This document shows, one piece after another, positions 42,965 through 54,799 of a DNA stretch of 64,000 nucleotides. Origin of the DNA: an uncultured Chloroflexia bacterium. GTDB lineage: Bacteria > Chloroflexota > Anaerolineae > B4-G1 > SLSP01. Positions within the stretch are counted from its first letter, which is position 1; the number at the start of each line of letters is the position of its first letter. The stretch spans positions 384,001 to 448,000 of the forward strand of contig CAVVUS010000011.1 in the NCBI GenBank assembly GCA_963751345.1, written 5' to 3'. Below the pieces are notes generated by a model, which saw only the letters and a list, made by a program, of their open reading frames with translations, was not told the DNA's origin and ran no database searches. The translations under genes were made by a program, and so were the position numbers.

Positions 42965-45900
42965 GTGAACCAACAAGGCAATCGGGCCGCACGGCCTGGC
43001 ACCAGCAACCGGATGACGTTGATCGTGGCGGGGCTTCCTCTGCTCTTTCTCGCGCCCCTCCTCATCGGCCTGGGGTGGTACTACCTGGACGCCCATCGAG
43101 AGGACGCCTGGAGCCAGGCTGACCTCGCAACGCTGCAGGTGCGTCAGATCGTCAATGCCCTCACACCGTCTGTCGGTACGATCGAGGATGCGCTTGGCAT
43201 CACGGGTTATCTCGAGGAAACGGCCGGGAACGCGGCGGACTTCGACTTCATCGCCCTGGTGACCTACGATGGCACCGTTCTGGCGCACGCCAGTCCGCTG
43301 GCGCACGCCAGTCCGCTGGCGCATTCGCTCTCCGGCTACCAGGGGCTCAGGGTGGCGGAGTTGGCAAACCTCTACCAGGGGACGATCCCACGGGGCCCGG
43401 TTCAAGATCCCGGGGCTACGCCCACGAGCGGGGTTACCCGGCGCACCCTTCCCGGCGGAGATGTCTATCTCGTCTGGCGCGCCATGGCTATGCCGGGAGG
43501 CAGCGTCTCGGGTCCGGAGGGCCGGCTTTACATCGTGGTGGGTGAACCGGTAAGCGTCGTGGATCTGCCGGTTTACCCGTTCGTTATCGCGGGGGGAGTG
43601 GCCATCCTGGTGATCACCTTGATTGTCCATATGACACTCCGCCTGTTAGTGGTCGAGCCTTTAGGGAAACTCGCCGAGGGCGCTGTTCGCATCGGTGCTG
43701 GAGATCTGGCGCACACGATTCAGTTGGACCGCAAAGATGAGTTCGGGTTCGTTGCCCGTGCTCTTAATGATCTATCCGGCAGGTTTGGGGTCGCCGTATC
43801 AAGCTTGGAGCGTACCGTCGCGTCGCGCACGGCCGAGCTGGAGCGCCGAAACACGCAGCTTCGTGCGGTGAGCCTCGTTGCGCAAGAAGCCACGCGAGAA
43901 CGCGACGTGAACTCGCTGTTGACGACGGCGGCCAGTGCGATCTCCGACAACTTCGGATACTACCACACAGGCGTTTTCCTCGTCGATGACGCAGGGGAGT
44001 GGGCCATCCTGCGGAGTGCCTCGTCGGAGGGCGGCAAGCGAATGCTCAGCCGGGGACATCGGCTGAGGGTCGGACAGGTGGGTATCGTCGGCTACGTGGC
44101 GGCGCGCGGCAAACCGCGTGTCGCCTCGATGGTGGACAAGGACGAGGTTTGGTTCGATAACCCGGATCTTCCCGAGACCCGGTCCGAGCTTGCGCTTCCG
44201 CTGCTCGCGCGACGCCAATCTGCCGGCGCTCGCCAGGCCGATGGCGCTCGCCAGGCTGCTGGCGCTCGCCAGGCTGCTGGCGCCTTACCCTCCGTCATCG
44301 GCGTGCTCGATGTCCAGAGCGTTGAGATGGCAGCGTTCACGGAGAGTGACATTGCCACGTTGCAGCTCATGGCAGATCAACTGGCCGTGGCCCTCAACAA
44401 TGCCCAGGCCAATGACCTAATGGAAATGGCTCTGGCGGAGCTGCGTGATCTGCAGGTTGACTATGGCCAGAGGGGTTGGGCAAGGGTCGCACGGCGCATG
44501 CGCCCGATGGCCTATGAGTACGATCGTGCCTCCACGGTGCCGGTGCCCCCTGTTCCTATACCTCCCGATCTGGCGGAGGGCCGGATCTTGTCCGGCGTGG
44601 TGATGGATGGGGGAGTCCCCACGATCCTGGAGGCGCTTCGCGTTGGAGACCGGACGCTCGGGTACCTGGGTCTGACCGACGCCAACCGGGTCTGGGCGGA
44701 GGACGAGCTGGCCCTCGTCAGAAGCGTCGGCGAGCAGGTGGCCCTGGCGCTCGACAATGCGCGGCTGTTCGAAGACACCCAGCGCAGCGAGCGCCAGCAG
44801 TATCTGATCAGCCGCATTCTGCAGGCGGCTGCGGCGCCTCGGACGGCGGAAGCGCCTCAGACGGCGGAAGCGCCTCAGACGGCGGAGGCGCCTCAGACGG
44901 CGGAGACCGAGACGGGACAGCGCCCCGTCTCCGCGACCGCCGGCGATGGCCGGGAGCCGCAGGCGGCAACGGTGCTGCGTGAGATCGCGCGAGTACTGGC
45001 CCAGGGACTCAATATGGCGGTGGTGATCTTCACCTTCCCCAATCCGGGACGCCCCGTAGTTAGGTCGCACGCCGTCATCGACCCCAGCGGCGAAAGGCTG
45101 CCGCTCTTTGAAGAGGATCTGACGCTATCACCTGAGCATTTCTATTTCTTCCATGGTCTGGCAGATCCGGAGTTGGGGCCTCTGGCTCCACTCTTGGAGG
45201 GCTCGGATACTCTCCGTCGGCATCGTGCCGATCCCGCTGCCTCTCAGCCGGACGACAGCTATCTTGGAGCGTTGGACCGTTTCGACACCGATCGCGTGCT
45301 CTATGTGCCGATCGCCCAGATCTCGCAGAGTCGCATCCGCGAGGGCTTGAATGTGGCAGCGTCGCGAGCGACGGCAAGTCGCAGCGGTTTCATCGCCCTG
45401 ATCCCGGTGCGCGACGCTCCTCCGGTGGATCCCGACACTCGTGAGTTGGCCCAGGATCTCGCCAACCAGGTCGCCGTGGTCCTGGAGAACCTGAACCTGT
45501 CCGAGGAGACCCGTCAGCGTTCGGAGGAGTTGCGCGAGCTTTATCGGATCTCGCTGGAGCTCGCCGAGATCCTTGAGCCCGGGGAGGTGCTTGCCCGCCT
45601 GATGGTCCGGGGCACGGCCCTTCTGGGAGCAGACGCTGCCAATCTCTGGATCTATGACGCTGATGCGGGTGGGCTGGTGCCGGCGTCTCGATCACGTTCG
45701 TTGGGACGCAGAAGACGGGGACGCGGCGCGAGCATACCGACGGCGAGGGAAGGGTACCCGCGGCGCCGGTTGTCCGTCCGATTCGGTTGGGACGCGACTT
45801 GGCGGACGAGGCGCTCGACCGGCAGCAGACGGTCTACACGCCCGATGTCGCCGCGCAGGGAGAGTTGAGTGATGCCGCAGGGCCGTTCCGATCCTTGATG

Positions 45901-48003
45901 GCAATCCCCTTGTCGGGCGGCTGGGTCCCCTGGGTGTGCTCGTGGTTATGTCGGAGGAGACAGGGGCCTTTGGCCCGCGAGACGCGGGACTTGCCGGCCT
46001 CTTCTCGGCTCAGGCGGCGGCGGCCCTCGAGAACGCGCGCCTCAATCGGGAGGCTCAGCGACGGGCTGAGGAGTTCTCTCAGCTCTACGATGCAGGCATC
46101 GACCTCATCACGATCCTCGATGTCGAGGATCTCCTGAACAGATCTGCCGACTGGGCCCGGCGTGTGTTCGCTGCCGAGCGGGCGGTCGTCTTTCTGCGAT
46201 CTCCCGGCCGGGGCGCCGGACGATATCTGCGCGGGCAGATGGCGGATGGGGCGCAGAATCTGTTCGATCCGGAGACAGACCAGCCCAGCTCTGATGGGCT
46301 AACCGAGCATATCATCACTACGAACAAGAGCATCATTGTACGGGACAACCGCGAATCACCGCTGCCCAGTGCGGCACGCCTGGTCGAAGCCGGGCTGTTC
46401 TCGCAAATGGGGACGCCCCTGCGCGTCGGCGATGAGGTGATTGGCGCGCTATTTGTGAATGGGGCGGAGGCGGACCGGTACGGTGACCGGGATCTGAATC
46501 TCCTGGAGTTCCTGGCGACGCAGATCTCTTCCGCGCTGCAGAACGCCATCCAGTTCGGCCAGACCGAGCACGCGTTGGCGCTCGTGGGGCGACAGGCACG
46601 CTACCAGACCAACGTCTCTCAAGCGGTGGCATTGCTCAACGAGCTGGGCACCGATGCCGGTCCCGACGTGCTGCGGCTCGTTGGAGAGGCCGCGGGGGCA
46701 CAGGAGGTGCTCTACTACACGGCCGGCCAGGGTCGCTGATGGGTCAGAGAATGGCGACGTTGAGGGCGTCGTCTGGCGGCTGAAGAGTGCCTGGGTTGCT
46801 GAGAGGGTAGATAGCCCGTCGCCGGTGACCTCGCCATCAGGTCTCCTCTCGGCGAAGGATTTCCCACGCTGGCGGAGGTCTCTGGAGGAGGAGGGCTACT
46901 GGGCCTCGAACGGGGCCGGTCGATCTCCCGCGTCTCCCTTCGACGCTGCGCTGTGCCTGGGTCTGGCCGTGCCGGCGGAGGGTTCGTGTCCGGGCTTTCT
47001 CGCTCTGCTGAGTGACGGCGATGTGCCGTGGGAGAAGCAGGACATCGTCGCGCTGCAGACGGTGGCGGCTGCTTTCTCCAACACGTCGGCGCGGGAAGCG
47101 CTTTTCCGGCAGGTTGAATCCACGCTTAGCGAGACGGATGCCCTGTACAGGGGCAGCGCAGCTTTGAGCGAGGCCCGCACCTACGACGCCATTCTGGAGA
47201 CCCTGTTGCAGCATACCGTTCTCGGTGAGGGTTCGCAGAGAGCCACGCTTGAGCTGTTCGACCGGCCGTGGGCCGAGGCTACGGTGCCCGAGCCCTACAC
47301 CCGCCGCCCTGCCGAGGAGGGCCAGGCGACAGGGATACCTCAGGACTCGGAAATCGTGGCCTACTGGCCTATGGGTGAGAGCATTGAGATACGCGCACGA
47401 TACGCCGGGCGCAAGTTCCGGGCGCTCTTGCGCGCGCTGGAAGCAGGCGCACCCGTCTTCATAGAGGACCTTGGGAAGGTTGGGCTGGATCGTCCCCATA
47501 CAGACGAGCCTCCTGACCCCGCGCGCGAATCGCTCGTGCTGGACCGAAGGGCACTGGCCCTGTTTCGGAGGGCGCTGGGGGCGGAGAGCGTCATCTTTGT
47601 GCCGCTCACCGTGGGAGGCCAGAAGATCGGGTTCCTGCACGCCGACTATGCTTCTCCCCGGACGTTCTCGGATGCGGCGCGACGTCGTCTGGTCAGCCTG
47701 GCACAACAGGCGTCCGTCGCGGTCCTCAACCTGCGGCAGCTTCGCGAGACCGAGGCCCGCGTGAGGAGAGAGCAGTTGATCCGCCGGATTACGGGTCAGA
47801 TCCAGGAGGCCCCGGACGTGGAGGGCGTTCTGAAGACCGCGGTGATGGAGCTTGGGCGAGCCTTCGGGACACCGCGGGGCCGGATCCTGTTCCGGGAGCC
47901 CGAGACGGCCCACCGGGGTATCTCGACAGCGGATACGGACCCGGGTGGTGGTGGCGGGCCGAGCCAGCCCGATGACAAGCGCGGGAAGGGCACCGATTTA
48001 TGA
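42965..48003 (+). CDS. large TM-HAMP-multi-GAF protein with split-GAF tail, no output domain (about 3 frameshifts)
   Basis: ORFs 42827..45868, 45787..46137, 45936..46739 and 46654..48003 give about 6-7 GAF-type units ending in ALDNA/LEN motifs; tail DVEGVLKTAVMELGRAF. Confidence 0.78.
43280..43323. repeat. 18-nt hairpin tandem CGCCAG-TCCG-CTGGCG
   Basis: (ctggcgcacgccagtccg) x2.4; encodes LAHASP. Confidence 0.85.
44225..44282. repeat. 18-nt hairpin tandem CGCCAG-GCTG-CTGGCG
   Basis: (ggcgctcgccaggctgct) x3; encodes GARQAA in a GAF beta-hairpin. Confidence 0.85.
44834..44905 (+). repeat. 18-nt tandem x4, GCGCCTC(A/G)GACGGCG family
   Basis: Encodes APRTAE APQTAE APQTAE APQTAE. Confidence 0.9.
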
Positions 48004-51000
48004 AGCGCGCGAGCAGAAGCCGGGCCGTGCTTCTCGATGAGGTGAGAGACCTTCGGGAGCAGCTTGCCACGTTCTCGGGAGATGATCTGGCGACCACCGT
48101 CCGGCTGGTCCAGCCACTCATCGATGCAATACCGAACCCGATCTACTACAAAGCCGCGAACGGCGTCTACCTGGGCTGTAACGCTGCCTTTGCCAGGGAT
48201 GTGCTGGGGATAACCCGGGATAGGATTGTTGGCTGCACCGTAGCCGATCTGGCCGACGCGGTCCCTGCGGAGCTTGGCGACCTGCACGACAGGCAGGACA
48301 TCGCCCTTATGGCCTCGCACGGGACGCAGGTGTTTGAGGCGCCTGTCAGGTTCGCCGATGGATCTGAGCGTGACGTCCTCTTCAGCAAGGCCGTGCTTGA
48401 GGGGCCCACGGGCGGGATTGCCGGTATGGTAGGGGTTATGGTCGACGTGAGTGCCTACAAGTCGCAGGAGACCGGGCGCGACGCCGATCTGCTCGATGCA
48501 CAGCGACGGGCCACGCGTCTGCAGGTGGCCGCCGAGATCTCGCGGGCTGCATCCTCACTGCTTAGCCTTGATGAGCTGCTCCCGAAGTCCGTGAATCTCA
48601 TTCGCGATCGCTTTGACTTCTACTACGCCGGCATCTTCCTGCTCGATGAGCTCTCCGAATGGGCAGTTCTGCGCGCCGGAACCGGCGAGGCCGGCAGCAA
48701 GATGCTGGCTGCCGGGCATCGGCTGCTGCGCGGCGGCGATTCGATGATCGGCCAGTGCGTGGCCACCGCCGAGCCCCGCATCTCGCTTGACGTCGGCGAA
48801 GTGGAGACCCGCTTCGATAATCCCCTCCTTCCGGAGACGCGCTCGGAGATGGCGCTTCCCCTCATCAGCCGGAACAGGGTGATCGGAGCGATGACGATCC
48901 AGTCCGACCAGGCGGGCGCCTTTGCCGAGGAGGATATCACGGTCCTGCAGACGATGGCCGACCAGCTTGCCAACGCCATCCAGAACGCGCATCTCTTCGA
49001 GCAGATGGATGAGGCGGTCCGTGAGAACGAGATGCTCTATAACGTGAGTACCGCCGTCGGGGACGCCCGGTCACTGGAAGGCGTGCTGCAGGCGGCAGTC
49101 GACGTAGCGGCCTTCCTGGCGATGGACAGTGCTGCGCTCTGGACGTTCACGCGCTGGGATGCAGAAGGCGTGCCTGTGGCGGCAGATGTGCATACGGAGA
49201 CCTTGCGCCAGGCCGGAGCCGCGGATTTCCAGGAAGAGCAGGGCATAGCCTTCGACCGGGATCTGTATGGCTGGCTGTTTGCCGATCCCAGGCGCATCCA
49301 CGCTTACGCGGACCTGGGCGAATCGGCGGACCTGCAGGTCGTTGCGGGGGCAGCACCTGAGCTTCCCCCCCGGCAATCCTGGACCCCATGCGGCGTCAGG
49401 GGAATCGCAGCCTGATCGCCGCCGTGCTGGTCTCGCGGGAAAGACACCAGGGCGTCCTGATGTTGTATGGCCCCCAACCCCTCAAGGCGCTCCCCGATCA
49501 TCACGTCCAGGTGTTCGCTCGGTCGCTGGCCGATCAGGTGGCTTCGGTCCTGGACCGCCATGCGCTAGCTGCGGAGGCGGCGCGGCGGGCGTCGCAATTG
49601 GCCGCAGCGGCTGAAGTCTCGCGCGCCCTCTCGGCATACCTCGACTTGGAGCAGTTGCTGTCGGTGGCTACGTCACTCATCCAGGATCGTTTGGGAGTGG
49701 CCTACGTGGGTGTCTACGTGCAAGGGGAGGCGATCGGGACTGCGCCTGCCGGCCTGGATTTGCGGGCCGGGAGCGGCGACACAGCAGGCCGGTGGGATCC
49801 CGAAAATCCCCCTGCCTGGATCGGCAGATCCATCGGCGAACGCCGAGTCATGCGCAGCAGCTCGCCGCACTCGGAGAAGGCGAGCCGGGCGTGGGGAGCC
49901 ACGCCGAGCCTTGCAGCCCTCCCGCTTATCAGCCACGGCGAGGCGGTCGGTGTCGTAGTCATTGAGGCTGCGACTTCGGCGGCGCTCGACGACAATGATG
50001 TGGCGATCTATGCGACGCTTGCCGATCACCTGGCCAATGCGATTGTCAATGCCCGGCTGTTCGCGTCCTCCCAGGCGAGCCTCGAAGAGCTGCGTCGCCT
50101 GCAGCAGCAGTACGCTATGGGTATGTGGCGAGACTACTTGGCGCATCAGGAAGTCCTCGGCTATGCCTATGATCGTGAGGAGATTCTGCCGGTGGAAATC
50201 CCGGGTGCGACGGAGGGAGATGAGAGCCCGGAGCTCGCAGCAGCCGGGTCGTGGGAGCGGACCCTCGAACGTCCCCTGCATATCCGGGGCGAGACCGTCG
50301 GGGTGATGAGCTTCGGCGCCCCAGACGGCGTCGGCGACGCCGGAAACCCCGCCGGCGTGGTCAGAAGACCAGGTCGCGGTGCTGGAGGCCGTCCGTGAGC
50401 AGCTCGAATTGGCCCTGGAGAACCGGCTATTGATGGACCGTTCGCAGCGCTCGCTGGCGGAGACGAGGGCGCTCTATCGGATCGCCCAGCAGATCACCGA
50501 CGCCCGCGACACGACATCCGTCTTGCGGGCCGCAGTAGGGGGCATCTCCGTTCGTCAGTCTGAGGATACGGCGGTCGGGCCGGACTACGTCATAGCAGCG
50601 CTGCTTGAGCCCCGGACCGGCCCGAACAGGCTTCGCATCGTAGCCTCGCAAAGTCGCTCCGGCGACCCTGCACCGGTGGATGGCCTTTATTTCGATGATG
50701 TCCGCCGGTTCTATGAGGTGCTGCGCATCGAGGACCGGTTCATCACGCCGGATGTGAGCGGGAATCCTCTGTTCGGGGAGGGCATGCGGCGCTTCTTCGA
50801 GGAGTTGGGCATTCGTGCGACGGCGGCGTTTCCGCTGAGGGTTCGTGACGCCTACTATGGCACGATGATGGTCCACAGCGAGAGCGTTCGGGAGTTCACG
50901 GCCGCCGAGCTGAGCTTCTATGAGAATGTGGCGCGGCAGGCCTCGGTGGCGCTCGACAACCTCAGCCTTGTGGATGTCACCCGCGCGCAGGCCGAGCGTC

Positions 51001-53093
51001 GCGACATTCTGAACCAAGTTCTGCGTATCGCTTCGGCTTCCCTGGATCAGGCCACGATCGTCGGCGATGTCGGCGAGGCGCTCTCCCGGCGGCTGGATCG
51101 AGCCGTGTTGACGTGGGAGCACACCAGGACCTCAACCCGCCCGATATCGGCACACGAGGCCGGCGGCCGACGTATACCGTTTGAGATGTTAGACACCCAG
51201 GTCGTCGGGCCCGGTTGGCTCCCGGTGGCGGAACTGTGCTCGGCATGTGGCCGAAGGGGGCGAGCCGGCGATGTTGCGCCTTCGTGAGTCCGCAGAAGAC
51301 GGGGAACTGCCCCGTCTCTACAGTGGAGAAGGGGCACCAGATGGAGCACCGCCCAATCTACTCCTGGATCTAGTCGATGCGTATGCCGTGCCCCTCGCCG
51401 CGCGCGATACGGTCTACGGCGCGATCGTTCTCGGACGCCAGAACGGCCAGGAGCCCCTCGACGACCTGGAGTGCGAGTTGCTGCAGGTGGTGGGCACCAG
51501 TGTCGGCACGGCTCTGGAGACTGCAGCACTCTATCGGGATGCCCAGGAGACGGCTGTCAAGCTCAAGGAAGTCGACGACCTTAAGAACCAGTTCATGGCG
51601 AACATGTCCCACGAGCTGCGGACGCCGCTGAACTCTATCATTGGATTCTCCCGGGTGATGATCAAGGGCATCGATGGGCCGCTGACCGACATGCAGGAGA
51701 CGGACCTGAACGCGATCTATGACAGTGGGCGTCACCTGCTGAATCTGATCAACGATATCCTCGACATCTCCAAGATCAATGCCGGCAAAATGGAGATCAT
51801 CTTCGAGGCCATCGACCTGCGGGAGATGGTGCAGAGCGTTATGTCGACGGCCCTCGGTTTCGTCAAAGATCAGCCGATTGCCCTGCTGACCGACATACCG
51901 GATGACTTGCCACTCGTCGTGGCCGATTCACGCCGGATTCGACAGGTGCTCATCAACTTGCTGGGCAACGCGGGCAAGTTCACCGACAAGGGCTTCATCA
52001 AGGTGTCGGCTACCTACGACGACTACCAGGTAATCGTCAGCGTCCAGGATACCGGGATTGGCATCCCGCCCGACCGGATCCACGCCGTTTTCGAGCAGTT
52101 CGAGCAGGTCGACTCTACTTCGACGCGGCGCTATGGCGGTACGGGACTGGGCATTCCCCTTAGCCGGGAGTTCGTCCTCATGCACGGCGGCGATATGTGG
52201 ATCCAGGAGACCGTGGTCGGCCAGGGCACGATCTTCTGCTTTTCCCTGCCTCTCGGCGGACCCGAGGTCCGGCCTGAGGAGAACCGCCAGGAGGGGCTCA
52301 GCTTCATTCCGGCGCCGGTCTGCCCGGGAATCGAGGTGGGGTCTCCAAGGTTGTTCTCACGGTCGACGACGATGCGGGCGTCGTGACACTGTTCCGCCGT
52401 TACCTGGAGAAACAGGGGTATCGCGTCTTTGGCCTTACGAATGGGACGCGCGTGGTAGACGAGGCCAGGCGCCTCAGACCGTATGCGATCACGCTCGATG
52501 TCGTTATGCAGGATGAGGATGGGTGGTCCATCCTGGAGAGTCTCAAGGCGGATCCGGAGACGCGCGACATCCCAATCATCCTGTGCTCCATCCTTGGCGA
52601 CAAGCACAAGGGGCTGAGCATGGGGGTTGCTGACTATCTGGTCAAGCCGATCACCGAGCAGGATCTGCTTGAGTCGCTGGCTCGACTGGACACAGGATCT
52701 GGCCGCGGGCACGTGCTCCTCGTCGACGACAATGCTGGGGACAGGAAGTTGTGGCGGCGCATCCTCGAGGATGCCGGCTATCAGGTCGTTGAGGCCGGTG
52801 GCGGCGCTGCTGCAATCGACCACATTCACACAGCGCGCCCATCCGCAGTCGTTCTGGACTTGATGATGCCGGAGGTCGATGGGTTCCAGGTACTGGAGCA
52901 GCTTAAGGCAGACCCGAACACGCGTCAGGTGCCCGTCATCGTGGTCACCGCGAAGGACCTTGGGACAGAGGAACGTAGCAGGCTGCAGTTGCGAACCGTG
53001 GCGCTGCTACAGAAAGGGTTGTTCGATCAACAGCAACTCCTGGCCGACGTCGCCTCTGCGCTTGCTCGCGCCGACCATGCTCGGGTCACCTGA
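48000..53093 (+). CDS. cytoplasmic hybrid histidine kinase PAS-multi-GAF-HisKA-HATPase-REC-REC (about 4 frameshifts)
   Basis: PAS IPNPIYYK..YLGCN; several GAFs; FMANMSHELRTPLNSIIGFS; NLLGNAGKFT; GGTGLG; two receivers ITLDVVM and VLDLMMP; ATGA overlap with the upstream gene. Confidence 0.88.
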
Positions 53094-53095
53094 TC

Positions 53096-53123
53096 TTGAC
53101 ACCCTTCTGCAGTACAGTACAAT
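53096..53123 (+). promoter_or_regulatory. sigma70 promoter TTGACA-N16-TACAAT for ferredoxin
   Basis: ttgaca at 53096-53101, tacaat at 53118-53123, AGGAGG at 53163. Confidence 0.7.
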
Positions 53124-53175
53124 GGTCACCGGTTAGCTTTGAGACAGTATTACCCATCTGATAGGAGGCGTATCG

Positions 53176-53442
53176 ATGACATATGCGATTACCCCGATCT
53201 GTGAGCGTGCCGGTCTGTGCGTGGACGTCTGTCCGACGGACTCGATCCACTTCGTGGATGGCGACAGCGATTGGCCCATCTACTACATCAATCCGGATAC
53301 CTGCATCGACTGCGGTGCGTGCGCGGCCGAGTGCCCCAACGAGGCGATTTTCGCCGACATGGACCTGCCCGCGCAGTATGAGAGCTACGTTGATGTCAAC
53401 GAGGCGTTCTACGCGAAGGGCCCCGGTGCAGCCCTGGTCTAG
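53176..53442 (+). CDS. dicluster ferredoxin (possibly 7Fe type)
   Basis: CERAGLCVDVCP and CIDCGACAAECP. Confidence 0.9.
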   Translation: MTYAITPICERAGLCVDVCPTDSIHFVDGDSDWPIYYINPDTCIDCGACAAECPNEAIFADMDLPAQYESYVDVNEAFYAKGPGAALV

Positions 53443-53461
53443 GCAGTAGGGCGTTACTTAT

Positions 53462-53494
53462 ACGAGGCCGGCATCCGCCGGCCTCGTTTCTGTT
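53462..53494 (+). terminator. intrinsic terminator between convergent genes
   Basis: acgaggccggc-atcc-gccggcctcgt followed by ttctgtt. Confidence 0.7.
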
Positions 53495-53504
53495 GTGGCT
53501 GTCG

Positions 53505-54785
53505 CTAGAGTGCGTAGATCGGGCTGGCGAAGATCCAGCCCACTCTGCGCCCGAGGTATCTCCGGTAGACCTCCACCCGGTAGATCCCGGCCTCGGCGGA
53601 CGTGTACCTCATGCTTTGGCCGTTCACTCTCTGGATCACCCGTCCATCGCGACGGAGGTGGATCTCGCCCGGCGCCGGCAGCGTGATCGTCAGGTTGATG
53701 GCACCCAGTCGGCGTATTTCCTGACCGGGCACGGCGGATGCCGATCCGCTCTGCATCTGGCACCGGAAGCCCCGTGTCGAATGCGGGAGGTCGTAGCCCA
53801 CCCACGTGCGGCCTGAGCGGAGCGCATCATAGATCAGGGCCTTGTCATCCTCCACCTCACCTGAGAGCGGCGAGCTCGTCAAGATGTGGGTATTGACGCA
53901 CCGGAAGAGGTATTCGTACGGGAGCATCGTGCGCCGGAACGGCCCCAGCTTGTAGGTGGCGGCCCGAGCGTCTGCCCCGCCGAGGGCCGCGATGCGGTAT
54001 CCTTGCCCGAGGAGCTCGTCCCAGAGCCGGAGCGTCGAGCGATAGGGACCACGAATGCCCGCCGCAGGCCAATAGGCGTACGCCAGAGCGGCCAGCCTTG
54101 ACCAGAGCAGTCCCTTGAACTCCGACATGTAATTCCAGATCTCCATGCCGTGGATACCCTCCGGTGGCCACTCGGCCCACGTGGCGGGGTGACGTCGGAG
54201 CGGGGGTGACTCGCGGGGAATGGCGGTAAGAGTCGGGCTCATCGGGCTGCGATGCTCGATGGGATGCGCGATGTAACAGACGCCCTCGCGTTGCCTGCAG
54301 GCCTGGATCAGGCTCCGGGTGCCGCTGAATGCGTAGGGAGCCATCTCCTTCTCGGCGCCGTAGACGAGCAGGTGATCGGCCTGCGGCCTGCGGCGGACGT
54401 TATGTAGCTCCTCCCCGGTGAGAACGAGCGTCCCCCCGCGATAGCCTTCTGCGCCCTGGGGGCGCACGTTGTGGTCGGTGACGATCACGAAGTTTAGCTT
54501 GGCCGCCGCCGCCGCCGAAGCGATGCGGCCATAGCCGCCGGTCCCATCGGAGTAGACCGAGTGCACGTGCGGGTTGCCGGCATACTCGCGGTAAGTGTCC
54601 ATGTCGCTCCCGGCTCCACCTAGACCGTCGTCCACCCTTAATGCATCAGGAACCGCGGACTGCCGCGTCCGTCCAGGTTGTCGTGAACGACGGTCCGCGA
54701 TCGGGATGCGACCCGCCGTCGTGGCCGTCTCAACCAACGCCGAGAGCTCGCGCCAGAAGCGGGAAGACTCAGGGGCATTGTCCAT
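53505..54785 (-). CDS. PHP-domain metallohydrolase (CehA/McbA-like)
   Basis: GNPHVHSVYSDG, VTDHN, GEE, IAHP, EIWN, GGADA and IFASPIY. Confidence 0.82.
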   Translation of the reverse strand: MDNAPESSRFWRELSALVETATTAGRIPIADRRSRQPGRTRQSAVPDALRVDDGLGGAGSDMDTYREYAGNPHVHSVYSDGTGGYGRIASAAAAAKLNFVIVTDHNVRPQGAEGYRGGTLVLTGEELHNVRRRPQADHLLVYGAEKEMAPYAFSGTRSLIQACRQREGVCYIAHPIEHRSPMSPTLTAIPRESPPLRRHPATWAEWPPEGIHGMEIWNYMSEFKGLLWSRLAALAYAYWPAAGIRGPYRSTLRLWDELLGQGYRIAALGGADARAATYKLGPFRRTMLPYEYLFRCVNTHILTSSPLSGEVEDDKALIYDALRSGRTWVGYDLPHSTRGFRCQMQSGSASAVPGQEIRRLGAINLTITLPAPGEIHLRRDGRVIQRVNGQSMRYTSAEAGIYRVEVYRRYLGRRVGWIFASPIYAL

Positions 54786-54799
54786 ACATCATTCCTGCA

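Noticed and set aside
10344-44905. The repeat core read as GCCGTCTGAG resembles the Neisseria DNA uptake sequence GCCGTCTGAA
   Set aside because: The last base differs, T/C variants and a stem-swapped variant occur, and copies form tandem arrays. No competence context is visible, so it is treated as coincidence pending genome-wide counts.
4035-47913. Long antisense ORFs (e.g. 4035..5393, 6639..7742, 25465..26829, 41971..43065, 46837..47913)
   Set aside because: These are shadow ORFs of high-GC coding strands with no recognisable motifs.
33377-48003. GAF proteins as phytochromes or methyl-accepting chemoreceptors
   Set aside because: No DIP or bilin-binding Cys motifs, no MCP hairpin signature, and no cheA or cheW in the window.
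53176-53442. Ferredoxin as a member of the GAF signalling operon
   Set aside because: It has its own near-consensus promoter and terminator, so a functional link is unsupported.
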